Part shown: one piece after another, positions 40,301-53,042 of the stretch | Position numbering within the stretch: position 1 is the first letter of the stretch | Layout: each line of letters begins with the position of its first letter | Assembly: GCA_038496445.1 (NCBI GenBank) | Contig: JALMLS010000548.1 | Location: 62,001 to 126,000, forward strand | Direction: 5' to 3' | DNA length: 64,000 bases | From: Trichosphaerium sp. ATCC 40318 | Taxonomy: Eukaryota; Protista; Tubulinea | Made by a program: the position numbers and the translations under genes | The notes under the pieces: model-generated | What the model saw: the letters and a program-made list of their open reading frames with translations, nothing else | Databases searched by the model: none | What the model was told of the DNA's origin: nothing

Positions 40301-43300
40301 TACAGCGCTGTAGTATGTGACGTGTTGAACTGCGGAAGGTGGTCCGCTTAAAATTTGTGTAGGTGCCTGTGGCTGCTTCGATGTTGTTGGTGTTTCCAAT
40401 ACAACTTCGGGTTTCACTGGCATAGATACTACTTCTTGTTGTTCTACAGGTACTGATTTAGGTTCATGTGCCTCATCAAAGAACTTTGGAGATTTGATTG
40501 CGTTGTAGAATAAGATGTGTTGAACACTTGAAGGTGGAACTGGTTTTGTTGATTGAACTTCGTTGGTACCTTTTTCAGGTTGTTCTTGAGATACAACTGG
40601 TACAATTGGTTCTGAGACAACTTCTTCTTGTTGAGGTTGAGGTTCTATTGCAACAGATTTAGGTTCTTCATGGCTCTCAACTGGGAACTTTGGAGATTTT
40701 GTTGCGTTGTAGAATAGAACGTGTTGAACTGTTGAAGGCGGCAGTGCTTGAACTTGAGGAGTACCTTGAACAGGTTCTTCGGCCGCCTGTTGTGGTACTT
40801 CGATTGGAGAAACTTCTGCTTCTTTAACAACAGGTTCAGCTTTCGGTTGTTCTATTGGCAGCGCTTTAGGTTCATGGCTTTCAGTTGGAAACTTCGGCGA
40901 TTTGACAGCGTTGAAGTACACCACATGTTGAACGCTTGATGGTGGTATTTGAGCTTCTTGGGTACCTTGAACAACAGGTTCTTCCACTTTCTCTGCAGTT
41001 ACCGGTGCTTCGATTGTAGAAACTTCTTCGCCGCCTTGTTGCTTGATTGCAGGCTCAAGTTCTGTTGCTGCTACAGCTGGTTTAGGTGTATGCAATTCTG
41101 TTGGAAATTGAGGCGATTTAGTTGCATTGAAATAAGCAACATGCCGAACGCTTGAAAGAGGATGCAAAGATTGTTCTTGATGGTTACCTTGAGCAACAGG
41201 TTCTGGAACTTTTTCGGCGACAGCTTTTTGAACTTCACTTTGAACAGGCGCTTCAGTTGGTTCGTCGTTCTGTTTTGGTTCTACCGCAGTTGATTTAGAT
41301 TCATGACTTTCAGTTGGAAACTTTGGTGATTTGACTGCGTTGAAGTACGCCACGTGTTGAGTGCTTGAAGGAGGTTCTTGGACTTCTTGAGTACCTTGAA
41401 CAATAGGTTCTTCAGCTTTTTCAATTGTTTCAACTTCTACTTCGGCAGTTTTTGTAGCATCAACGACTGGCGCTTCGACAGGTGCAGTTTCTTTGAGAAC
41501 CTCGGTTTCTACTGGATTCTGTTTAGGTTCATGACTTTCAGATGGAAACTGTGGCGATTTGACAGCGTTGAAATATGTCACGTGTTGAACGCTTGAAGGC
41601 GGCTTCTGAACCTCTTGGGTACCTTCGGCAGGGGAATCATTATCCGCAGTAGCAACTTTTTGCTTCTGCTCTTTTACGTCTGCTAGAGCCTCAATGGTCT
41701 CTTCTTTGTTCACTTCATGAACTTGAGATACTACCTGTTCTGGAGCATCAGAGGAAACAGTTTCAGCGGCCTTGTCAACAACACTTTCGTCGGTAGAATC
41801 TTGCGACTTTAAAGTGGGTTTTGACTCGGGCTCAACAACTGTTTGCTCCGCTGCATCCTCTACAGGCGTTGGAGTAACCTCTGAAGGCTCTTGAACTTCG
41901 TTTGTTGGCTCCGCGGATTCGATATTAATTTTCGATTCTCCGGATGTAACTTCCGTAGTTTGCGTCTCCTCTGGTTGTTTTTCGGCTGGTTCTTCAACCT
42001 TTGAAGAGGATTCTGGGTCGTCCTTGTTTAGGGAGGGTTCTTTAGAAGTTTCATTTTGTGAAGTCTCTTCTTTTGGTTTTTCAGCTTTTTCTGAATTACT
42101 TTCGTCATTTGAAGCCTTTGGTTCTTCAACAACTGTAGGTTCTTTAGAATCCTTCTTATTTACATCTTCTTCTACTGATTGAACCGCTTCAGAAATCAAA
42201 GAAAGCCTTTGCTCTCTTTCAAGTTGTTTTCTTTTAACAGCTTCACGCGCTGCTTGTCTTTGTTGTTCTTGAAGTTTTGCGTATGCTTTTCTCTCCCTTT
42301 CTACTTGTTCTCTACGAAGACGTTGTTGTTCTTCGTCTTGTTGCTTAAGCTTAAGTTTAAGAAGCCTTGCTTCTTCCTCAGCTTGTAATTCTTTTTTCCT
42401 TTTTTCTTCAGCAACACGGGCAACACGCTCTCTTTCTAGGCGTTCTTTTTCTGCCCATCTAATTTATGACGTGAGTATAATAACATAACAACTAACAATC
42501 GATTTTTTTTAAAAAACAAGAAACTGCAATACTTCCGAAGAGCTCTTCAAGACTTCTTTTTTCTGAAAATATTATGTGAATTTTTTTTTTCCGCTTCGTA
42601 TGCGGCTTGTGTTTTTCTAATTTTTTTTTTTCGTACCTTCTCCTCCTTTCTGCTGATTTCTCTTCACGAATACGCTGTCTTTCAGCTTCAGCTCTGTAAT
42701 AGTACACCGTCAGTATAATTTAGTTATTTTTTTCGTAAAAACAAGAAAATTAATCTTACTTTTTCCTTTTATCTTCTTCCGCTTTTTGTAGGCGTATCTT
42801 TTCTGCTCTTATCTCAGCAAATGATCTCTTCTTCTTTAAAGCCTTTTGATCGCGTTATTAAATTAAAAAAAAAGCAAAAAAAAAATAATAATTCGATAAA
42901 TATCGTCGTAAGGGTACCTTAGACTCGCGATCTTTTGCTGCTTTTTTCTCTCGTTCTTTTCTATCGCGAATTTGCTTCTTTATACGTTCTTCTTCTTGTT
43001 TCTTCTTAGCAATCCATCTATATCGATCACGTGTTAACATAATTGTTAACTAAACATGTAATTGCGCTTTTTGAAAATTTTTGAATATTTGTCACGTGCG
43101 CCACGTGATTTTTTGGTGAATTTCTTTTTTCGCCTCAAAAAAAAAAAAAAGGATCAAAAACGTGGTATTACCTCTTCTCGCGTTCCTCTTTTTCCTTTTG
43201 GACACGTTTATTACGCTCATCGAGTGCTCTAGTAAAAATATTAGTACCCTCCGATAACCTTTTTTGAAATCGAGAAGCAGTAAACTTCAACGCACTTTAA

Positions 43301-45098
43301 CTTTCGCTCCTTTTCCTCTTTAGCTCTTCGTCGTCTGTCAGCCATACGAGCAAAAAATCCAAGCCCTTCTCCAGACTTGCTTGCAGCTTTTGGTTGAGCC
43401 GGCTTCGGATCATTCTTTCGCGATCGTGGTTCGTTGCCACGCTTTGAGTTTGTCTTTTCAGGCTTGTCTTCGACTTTTTTATCGACATTCTGGTTTTCGG
43501 TTTTGTCTGGTGAAGAAGCCTCTTGCGGTTCATCTACCTTGTCTTTAGGACGCTTTGGTTGCACTTTCTTTGCTCCCTTTTTAGGTGCTGGTTTCACTTT
43601 ACGCTTACTATTTCAGCGCATTAGTAACTCAAATCCAAGGAAAAAATGCATTTGTGCCTTTTGCCCTCTGTAGCTTTATTGTTATCACCAGCAACTGTTC
43701 TTCTAGAAGACTTTTTACGAACCAATGCCCTAGTAGACTTGCTTCTACCAGGACCACTCCTTGCAGCCACTTGGTCAGCTAAAGTGCGTGTAGATTTGGC
43801 GCGCTGTAGTAAACAATGTAAGTTTCTTAACCACTATCAAAACTTTTGCATACAACAGAATTTCTGGTACGAAGAGATCTCTCAGAGCGCTTGCTTGGCG
43901 ACTTCGATCGAGTAGTAGTTAATATTTCTGCATTGTTTGAAGCCTTTGAACGCGTTGTAATAACTGTCTCTCGCTTTGGTGATTTGTTTCTGCTTTTTTC
44001 ACGTTTGGGAGATATAGACCGCCTCTTCTTTGGTGTGACTGGTTGTGGCACTACATGAGGTTAATATAAATCACCTTGTGATCAACTTTATGGCAAAGGT
44101 GGTAGAAACTTATGACAAAAACGCACGTGATTTTCTACGTGTTCTTTCTCCCGCTCTTTGTGCAGTCTTGAACTCAAAAGCAGCAGGTTGTTTTTTTCTT
44201 TGCCTCGAAGGACTCTTTTTTTCGCGTTAATGATAAATATAATGCAACACACGCATACCTTGTTCCTCCACCTTTAAAAATACGTTAACCTTGGTACATA
44301 AAACAACAAACATTGTACGTACTTTGACATTTCATCCTCGGCCTTTGAAGGAGACCAGGTTCTAAACAATCTAATTAACACCACTCCGGCTATTTGATGA
44401 AAAAAAAAAAATAAACAGAAAAGGCAACAACTAATCATCATATGATCCACCTCTATCGGCACGTACTGTCTTCTAGAAGGAACGCGAGTCTTCTTCTTCG
44501 CACTCGGTGGTCGTTCTGATGCTTTTTTTGTGCGTTTAACAGGTGGTTTTGCCTGTTCTTTAGGCTGTCCGTTTTCTTCTGGCTTCTTTTTGCCTTCAGA
44601 TGTTCCGTTGGTCTTCTTTTCGGTCGGTTTACCTTTACCCTTGTCCTCAACCTTGTTACCACCCTTTTCAGCCTTATTGCTACCCCACCAGAGGTTCGCA
44701 AAACTGCCACTAAGCACAAAGGTAAACTTCCACAAATTTATGGTTCTTTGATGCAATTGGTGCTACGTACGATTTTCTAGTGGTACGTTTTTCATTTTTA
44801 GGCTGACTTTTGGTCCATGATGAAAACCAACCAGAGTTTTGTTCTGTGGTCTCTTTACCACCCTTACGCCTTGTAAAAATAGTTAATTAAAACAGTTTTG
44901 GGTTCATTCCGGATTTTCTGTGCACAAACCTGGATGCGTCTAGAAAATGAAGTTAGATGACGGAAATTAGCATAAACTGGGAAGTAGTCATCATATTAAA
45001 GAGTTTTGGCTTTTTTTTGTAATTCACCTTTAGAACAGGCGCAAAAAAAAAACACGTGATTTTGGTTAGGGAATGCATAACGTACTTTGATCGGCCAT
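31345..45098 (-). CDS. Giant (roughly 3,500-4,000 aa) repetitive E/P/K/V-rich protein with two tandem repeat families, charged helices and a C-terminal DFRxxL motif; putative cytoskeletal scaffold/spring
   Basis: Minus-strand exons splice in frame from a basic/SP-rich N-terminus through the 674-aa and 946-aa exons and six KKKLTFGQRMALKKK modules to ...AVKLRSA...GDFRELLRRTGSTITKK* (TAG 31345-31347). The 5' start (ATG 45096-45098, MADQ) is tentative. Confidence 0.75.
32790..36545 (-). repeat. Six tandem multi-exon modules: PEVK-like linker - KKKLTFGQRMALKKKQQEEAAAAERR | RAxEE.. | WA[QA]KKK..E/R/K helix
   Basis: Core motif at about 36520, 35710, 35005, 34365, 33715 and 33035. The intron at 32917-32968 is identical to that at 34890-34941. 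Confidence 0.95.
37490..41620 (-). repeat. 21 copies of a ~25-aa motif (P)PSSVQHVxY[FY]NAxKSP[KQ]FPxExHE, spaced about 55-70 aa apart
   Basis: Counted in the ORF translations: 7 copies in 40175..42199 and 14 in 37279..40119. Confidence 0.95.
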
Positions 45099-45886
45099 TA
45101 TGAGTAAGAATTTACAGGATAGAACCTATCCCGGTGAGTTTGAAAACTAAGAGTGGAACAGGTGTACCCTTTTGATCTACAAGTAACGAAGACCCTTATC
45201 GCTATGTTGTGGCGCCTATGAGAAAGTAAATTCTAGAACTATTTAAACTTTACAAATTTCTGTTCAGGAAAATGCCCAGAGTAGGCGGAATGGATATAAG
45301 ATATCGCGTTGTATCATACAAGAGCTTTTAAAGTCCTAACTTTTGTAGACTGTCTACGCGTGTAAATGGTGTAAACAACTCGAGTTCTCACAATAGAGTT
45401 CTTGCTAACCACGCTAGATGTACTGAATTGTTATTGCTTGACCCGATCAACCAATGTGAATCATAGCATCATCACAAAGCCAAGTTGGTTCCTATTACCT
45501 CTTGTTTACGCTATCAACACTTATCATGTTCCTAGTAAACTCTAGACATTATTTAGGTCCATTTTCTGTTATCGGTGGTTTTATCGTAAAAACTGCACGC
45601 AATTTTGCTGTACAGCGAGTTGTTGGCCATGAGTATAAGTTACATAGTCGTTTTGTACAGCAATCAACACGCTGTATTCTTTCAACTTGCATCCACGTCA
45701 CGTGCCTTTTTGGACTATATCCAGATAGGGTTTAACCAATACCCATTGATAGCAAAAATAAAAATAGTCTATTGCTGTATGACGTGACTACATGCGTACA
45801 ATAATGCTCTACTGCGGTGTAATCCAATAACAATGGAAAAGACAAAGAATCAATTGGCAGATACGCGCGGGAACAGAGCACACTGT

Positions 45887-45926
45887 TGTAAAAACCGCCT
45901 CAGAACTGTAAAAACCGCCTGAGAAC
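45887..45926. repeat. 20-bp tandem duplication TGTAAAAACCGCCT[C/G]AGAAC x2 (intergenic)
   Basis: Read directly from the sequence. Confidence 0.8.
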
Positions 45927-46065
45927 GCAAAGTGCCGCAAAAATCTATGCCTAGCAAGGCACCAACTAATTTACCTAACCTGCCAAGTAATATTACGATG
46001 CTTCGCCTAGATTTCAGTAGTTGTGGAGCCAGAAGTACTATTTTTGTGAAAAGGACAGTGGCCTT

Positions 46066-48240
46066 TTATTTAGTCGATTTTTGTTTTGGTTTTTGTTCTA
46101 CAAACCGCATTTGTGCAGCCAATGCTACGTGATCAGAACAAAAGTAAGCATTTGGAAAGAACTTTGCAGGAGCGACACGTTCGCTTGTCATCTTCTCTAA
46201 TATCTTTACAGGTTGAAGTGCATTACCAAACCATATGTAATCCAAGCAACCTATAAACAATCCGTGAGAAACAGGGAATCTTGGAGTTTTTGGCTGACCT
46301 TTGAAGTGTCCACAAATGTTTGTGTATGGTTCTTTTATGCATGCGTAACAACTTTCTAAAGATAAGTTGTGTTTGAGTGTAGAAATATCGACGCGTCTCA
46401 TAGCGCTTAGGTGTTGTCTACAATCACGGTGGCGCTTAGGAATGGACCCATTTCGCAAAAAGCTGAAACAAAATTAGCAAGGACAAGTGCTGGGTTTGGT
46501 TCTATTTTACGTACTCATACACTGAGGAACCAGGTTTACTATTGAAATCTCCAACAATTACATAAGGATAATTATACTTGGTAAGCACTTTTTCTACAGC
46601 TTTTGCAAGATGTAACGACTAAGAGAGTTAATTTACTAATTGGGTAGTTTTTTTTCTAAAAGTGCAGTTGTGCTAGAATGAGTAATCGTACTTGTGCTAA
46701 TTTAATATCTGGTTCAGCAGGATTCCAGTATAAGTGAGTTGAAATAAACCACATTCTTCTTTTATTATCCTTGAACTCTTTTATCTTGTGTAAGCACAGT
46801 GTAACAATTGCATGAAGACTTAAACCAAAAAAAAAAAAAAAGTAAAAAATCCACAGTTGTTGTGCGTACCTTGTTTATCTTTATCAAAAGCTGATTTATC
46901 ATGTACAGAAAACCCTACATTTATACTATATCCCTCAGTAGGGTCAACATCACCTTCTTTATCATCTTCCTTAAACTCCAATAGCAACATAATTCCTACA
47001 TTGTTTTTTCTGTATCTGCTAGATCCAAGCCTGTATGTTTTTACATAGTTACATATATCATCGTAATTTAAGTCTATACGTCGTAAAGCACGAAATCTAA
47101 CAACACTTGAGTAAGAAGACGAATCCAAAAAAGGAAGGATAAAAATTGACAACGACTTGTAAGCTTGGACGTACTTTTTCTTGTTGTAGAATATAGCAGA
47201 TCCATCTGAGGCCATTTTTGGCCGTTTTTTGTATACACTATCATATGTATTACCGAGTTCGCCTTTTAACTCCTTGTATGCGCTTGGTTCAACCTCCTGA
47301 AGACCAACCAAATCGCATGTGTAGTGTCGAAGTTTGGTGATTAGCTTATCTCTACGATACCCCCTAAATTCATAAGTTAGGTTATTCTTGCAGCAAAATA
47401 CAAAGAATATGCAAAGAAAATTAGTGTACCATTTGAGAGCGTATGTTGGAGTGTACCAATAACGCTTTTTATCTGCATAAGAGCTTGCAAGTATATTGTA
47501 AGTCATAACAGTGAATCCTAGAAGTATATTAAACGCATTTAAAGGTAAAAAAATGACCAACAAAAAAAAATCAAATGTTAGATGACACCTGTCGCTGTTT
47601 TTCTATTCAACTAGTCCAATGCGCACCTCCTTTCTCTTGTAATTTAATTCCCTCTGGTTGTGGGTGATCTATCCAATCTCTATATGGCGTAGCCATAGCC
47701 TAGTTGTACGAGTAAACAATGACGCGTCACGGGGTTTTTTTTCACTTACTTCGCTGCCAACCCATATAAGGTGCGCGCTGTGATGTCTACAGTCTGGAAT
47801 AACGACCTCATATTTTATAACATAACCCACATCCTCTCGGAGAAAAGTGTACGACCTGTTTTGTGTTATTGTGTAAACTTACAACGCATTCGTACTCTTG
47901 TTCTGATAGGTCAATCCACTCCTCGTTCTCCAACAGTTGTTTTTTGACAACAGAATTATTTGTTAGACTTCTTTTCTTAACATCGAAAGTAGGACCTTTA
48001 TACCTTTGGGGTCACTCTTAGCGATGTTTAAACTGCTACGTACCAATGAACAATTGCATTTTTATTTAAAGCGTGCTCAACGCGTGGAGTGAATGTATCA
48101 CCCACTCTCGCATGTTTGATAAGCCCAAAAACGCGAATCGACTTTTTCTGATCTTGCCAAACGCTTTTACTCAGGTTTGAGTCCACTTCGCTTGCGAGCG
48201 AAGCCATACCAAGTTCCTCAGTGCCGAAGACGCTTCCCAT
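46066..48240 (-). CDS. CCR4/PDE12/angel-family EEP (endonuclease/exonuclease/phosphatase) deadenylase-like protein
   Basis: FTVMTYNILA, YALKW.YRR..LI, DLVGLQEV, DGSAIFY, ISTHLYWNP...IKLAQ, IVGDFNS, CLDYIWF and FPN...SDHVAL. The N-terminal YTFLREDVGYVIKYEV extension resembles PDE12/plant CCR4; MGSVFG may be myristoylated. Confidence 0.9.
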
Positions 48241-48672
48241 AGCTATTACAGAACAAGAATAACTAAAATTTAATCTTGTTGACCTTCCATAAGCACTCTT
48301 GGCCTACATTCTGCCAACAGGCGAGCAACCAGTAAAAACTAAGCCAAAAAGAGGTGGTTCAATTTGCGTATAACGTTGTGGTACAAAAAAAAGCACAACA
48401 CGCGACATTTCATACGAGAGGTAATATTTCCGAACTCTACCGCAATATATTCGGTTTTTGAGCAACACAGATTGGGCTCTAATGATCTCTTGATTTTTCG
48501 TTTCTTTCCATAATCTTGGAAGCTATCGCGTTCAAATATTGCACACGCGCGTAGTTCTTTACACGGCTCTGTATTTGGTCTTTTTGGCCTACCTAGTTTT
48601 TTTGAATAATCTTTGGTGTACTAACTGCACGCACAGCATATTGCCACGCCACAATTGTTGAATTGAACGTAA

Positions 48673-51600
48673 ATGGCATCTCTAAAAGAACAAGTTTCAG
48701 AAGCCACTGTTCTGCTATTGAAGTCCTGCAAGAGCGTCAGTGGTGGTACGCATATATAATACAAACATGGCATAACTTTTGTGTCAGGCCAGTATGGAAA
48801 AGAAACTGTTATTGCGCTTGCAAGAGACTCTAGAGTTGCAATACAGAAGATGGAGGGCATAATCAAAGATTTTCGGTAGTGCCGCCCAATTAGTTCTTTC
48901 TTTTCACTAACATTTCATTGTTTTCCTTAGAACGTCACCAAAAACTCGTGATTTTGCCCAAGTAATTAACAATTTTGAAGAAGAAGTAAAAAGCATGATG
49001 GCAGCTATTGTAGTTCTCATTCGTCATGCAAAGCTCCTCCTTACAAACCCTGATAATAAACAATGTCTTGTGGACGCATTGCGCGAAGTTACGGGTGCGT
49101 ATGAATTCATTATTTAATTTGAACTTTTGTGATTCGAATCAAAGAAAAACGAAAAAAATTGAATGCACTAACTTTAATTAACTCCGCTAACTCTCAAAAA
49201 AGGCCTCGCTAGGCGCCTCATTCGAAGTGCTGCTAGTTTAGAATCACCAGGCACTGCACAGCCACGACAAACCGCTCATTCGCCTCAACAAAGCCAACGC
49301 GCTCCATCAAGCTTTCAAAAAGCCAAACAGTCTTTTTCGCATAAACCAGTCGCCCACGTGCCTAAAAATCAACCAAGAGCAAACGTTGCAGTTAACGTAC
49401 GATCTACTAATAACAAAAAAATGACCGACGTTACCTCACGCTCACGTACGTTAACCTTGATGCGTTTTTCTATTTTCAATGTTTTATAATTATTTTACAT
49501 CTCTTATTCTAATTAGCTCCAAAACTCGTTGAAAATAAGTTGCCTGTACGGGAACGATATGAATCTGGCTCTTCAAGGGAATTGAGTTCTAATAAGCGAT
49601 ATGATTCTGGTTCTTCTCGGGAATTGAACTCTAACACAAGTGCAGGAGTACGCACTGCAGCTGTTTCTAACCAAGGAGCTGGTATCAATATTGAAGGTAT
49701 GTTGCTTGCTCATCGCGTGTGTTGACGTGTTGTAGTGATGACCTCATTGCCACCGAAAAAAGATTCATTCAGTTCTTTTCAATCGTTTGAAAGCAAAAGC
49801 TCTGCGACACCTAGTGCAGCAAGTACTACAAGCTCTACAAACAACAAACTTGTTATCAATGAGAAACGAGCAACCTCAGAAGACAAGATGGTGCATCCAA
49901 TAGCACCAATCCTGTCAGCAGAAAGTGGCAGCCAAGGATCGTCTATATCAGGCGGTAGCCCACCTCAGTGTACGTTAGCTGAAACAAGTCAAAAGGGTGT
50001 AATACTGAACAATTTAAATATTGCGTCTGTGACCTCCTGTGATGCTAAATTCAGTTTAATGAGTTTAAAAGTCATCCTGCTAATTTATTTAATAGCTGTT
50101 GCAATGGAAAGAAGTACTAAGAACCCTACAGGACGCTTAACAGTTGTCATGGTACAGTTTTTTTTTCCTGTTATTGAAAAAACTAGAAAACCCTTAAAAG
50201 TATATGTATCCCTTCCTATTTAGTATTTATCATATATATTCATAACATCAGGATGATAATACAGGCGATAGTCGTAAAACAGGCGTTGTCGTAGTTTCAG
50301 TAAGTTTTTTTTTGTTCTTTCACAAAAAAACTCTGAATACTTCATTCTTTGCTCTATAGGCATTGTACTATTAGTACTTTGTCTATTGTCGCTATTATTA
50401 TTATATAGAATGAATTAACTATACACTTTCAAACTCTAAATGATTTATTCAAAGGCTGTTGTGCGCGTTTATTTAACGAATGGAACATATAAAAGTTTCA
50501 AAGTACTACCTCAGCAATGTGGTGATGATTTGCTTCAAATGTGTTTTGTAAAGTTAGCTGTACCTAAGAATGAGCATATATCATATGGTCTATACGCTGT
50601 AGAAGGAAAAAACGGTACACAAACAAAGATTTAATACCAACAACAAAAAACTCACATTAGAATAAGAAAAATTTCTGATTTTAGCTCACGTGCTTACTCC
50701 TTCCTTTAGTTGAAGAGATTGGTGCTAATAAGCTTCCTTTTGATATTCACAAGAAGTGGGGACTTAAAGCAGGCGACGTCAATAGATTTGTGTTTAAATT
50801 AAAATCAGCTAAAGTGAAACCCGTGAAGCCAAGCTCCGTCAAATCTCCAAGAACTAAAGACAGCAAAAAAAGTTTTAAAAGGAACTTTTCTAGAGGACTT
50901 AAAAAGAGAAAGGAATCATTTATGAGCAAAAGCAGCTCTTCTCCTGGTCGTAATACAGTTGCTACTGGTGGATCTACATCACCAAAGTCACCTAAATTCG
51001 GAAGACAAGCTGCACCATCTACTGTTTCGATAACGTCGAAATCAGCAAAGGTTGCTGCAAAACCTACAAGCAAAGATGATGTTGACCTAATGGCAGAGGT
51101 GAGTTATTTTTATTTTCTGTCGTGTGCTCCCTGTCTTACACGTGGTTTTCTTAAATTAGGGTAAGATGAAGAAAGACAATATAATTATATCTACGAAAGA
51201 TCCACTACAAGACGTTATTATGTTTTGTAAGAAAAATGGTACGCAAGAAACAAAAGCGATTTATTTACTGACTTTTTTCCCCTTAGCCCTTCATGAACCT
51301 GGGTTATTTACAAACTGGGGTGATCCAGCTAAAGTTGAAGCAGCCATGAGCGATTATGCTGCGGGTGAGTAAAACGTTTTATTGCATTTTAGAAACTTTT
51401 TCACTTTTTTTTCTCCTGGATTTATATTTACTTTATCGATTAGGTAAAAAACCTTGGTTGATGGATTGGTCTCCTCCAGTTGCTGCAGGTGTACTTAAAG
51501 CGCATTTGACATCTTCTGAATTAATCCCTTCAACTATTGTTGAAAAACTATCAGGTATGTGTATCACAAGTTGCATTTCCTTTTTCTTCATCTTTTGTTC

Positions 51601-52525
51601 GCCATCGTTAATCTCCTTCTATTGCGTGTAAAAACAAAAATATAACTAAAAACTTTACTATGATAGGTTTGGGATCACTTAAAGATAACATGTATGAAGC
51701 TTGGGAAGCCTTTCAAAATTTATCACCTCAACAAGGAAAACGTCTCAAAGAATTTTTGGAATTTCTTGATTTATTGGATGTATTAAGCTTTAGTAATGGT
51801 ATGACAAAGGAAAAATCGGCAGAGGTATTTGGTCCTATGTTGAAACTATCAAAAGAGTGCTTCTCAGCTGTAATCGTTGAGCGTACTACAATCTTTTCAC
51901 CTGATCCTCCAAAGAAACCTGAACCTGCTGGTATTATTGAAGAAAAAGAACCTAGCTCTGTTGTTCCTGCTCTTGGTGTTGTAGAAAAATCAGAAGCAGA
52001 TAATGACTTAGAGATGATGATAAGTAACTTTTCTTCTACGAACTTGGCTTCAGAGACTGATAGCGTATCAATGGATAAGCAAAGAAGAATTTCTAATGCT
52101 AGTATACCAAATGATAACATTCCAAGTCCTTCATACTCTAGTCCTGCAGTGGCTTCCTTTGACTTTAATGAAGAATCTAGTTCTCCGTCAATAGGCATCA
52201 GTGCGCGTCAAGAGGCTCCAAAGGAGAGCGCTCCTGTCACCTCTTATGGCGATTATAATTTTGATACAGACGATATTATAGACTCCTTCGTTTCAGAAGG
52301 TGACCCTATAGCAGCTGATACAGAATTTAATTATGATGATTTCACTGCGGATATAGATATGGGTGCTGATGGTGAGGATGAGGATAAGTTTGATGATATT
52401 TTAGCCATGCTTGCGCAGCAACAGGTAATGATGCTTTTTTTTTTTCACGTTTTTCAAGTGTTTTGTTTGTTCTTCTTCTTATGTGTTTTTTTGTTTAGGA
52501 TGACTTGTCTAATATTTTAAATTAA
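48673..52525 (+). CDS. Multidomain signalling protein: N-terminal helical bundle, Ser-rich linker, RA/FERM-F1-like ubiquitin fold, RhoGAP-like domain (no Arg finger), acidic tail
   Basis: VVRVYLTNGTYKSFKV...YGLYAV (RA-like); ALHEPGLFTNWG, VAAGVLKAHL and LKEFLEFL..LSFSNGMTKEKSAEVFGPML (RhoGAP-like). Start MASLKEQVSEAT at 48673; TAA 52523-52525. Confidence 0.75.
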
Positions 52526-53042
52526 GTGGACTAAAAGTAATTTATTGCTCTCTGATTGTAACAAATGTGTAATATAGTGATTGGTTTGCCTGTCATTTTT
52601 TTTTTTGTGTTACAAATTGCTTTCGCCATTTTACATGTTTTCAGAAAGTGATACGTCGGTTAATTGCTACCTGGGCACTTATTATGCGGTTGTAACTAAT
52701 TTGTGACAATAATTTAGTGTCGTGTGCAAATAATGTTCAAACAACGCTTGGTAGCATTACATGACTTCCGACAGGCGAAAGAGATTACATTAAAAGCATT
52801 AACTGTCGTTCAGGAGAAGTTGGCTTGTAATTTCCGTATTTAGAACATTTTATGTTGCAACATTTGTACTTCGGTGAGCCAGCTTGCAATGAGTAGTATC
52901 AATAGCACGGGACATTATTGTTTCGTCTATTATCAAATTTATCCTTGAAATACTTGAAATTTCCGAGCAGCAATTTGTGTAGCCCAAAATTCCTTGTGTA
53001 TTGTTGTAACGATTTGTAGTCAATAAAAGTTAATCTACAACA

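Noticed and set aside
32349-41596. Many plus-strand and alternate-frame ORFs rich in F/L/S/W or L/K/N over the giant gene
   Set aside because: They are antisense or off-frame shadows of low-complexity E/P/K codons.
37490-41620. Regular repeat-plus-variable-spacer pattern superficially like a CRISPR array
   Set aside because: Repeats vary at synonymous positions within one open frame, spacers are over 100 bp, the context is eukaryotic and there are no cas genes.
49552-49635. RYESGSSRELSSNK / RYDSGSSRELNSN 14-aa duplication
   Set aside because: Ordinary small tandem duplication in a disordered linker.
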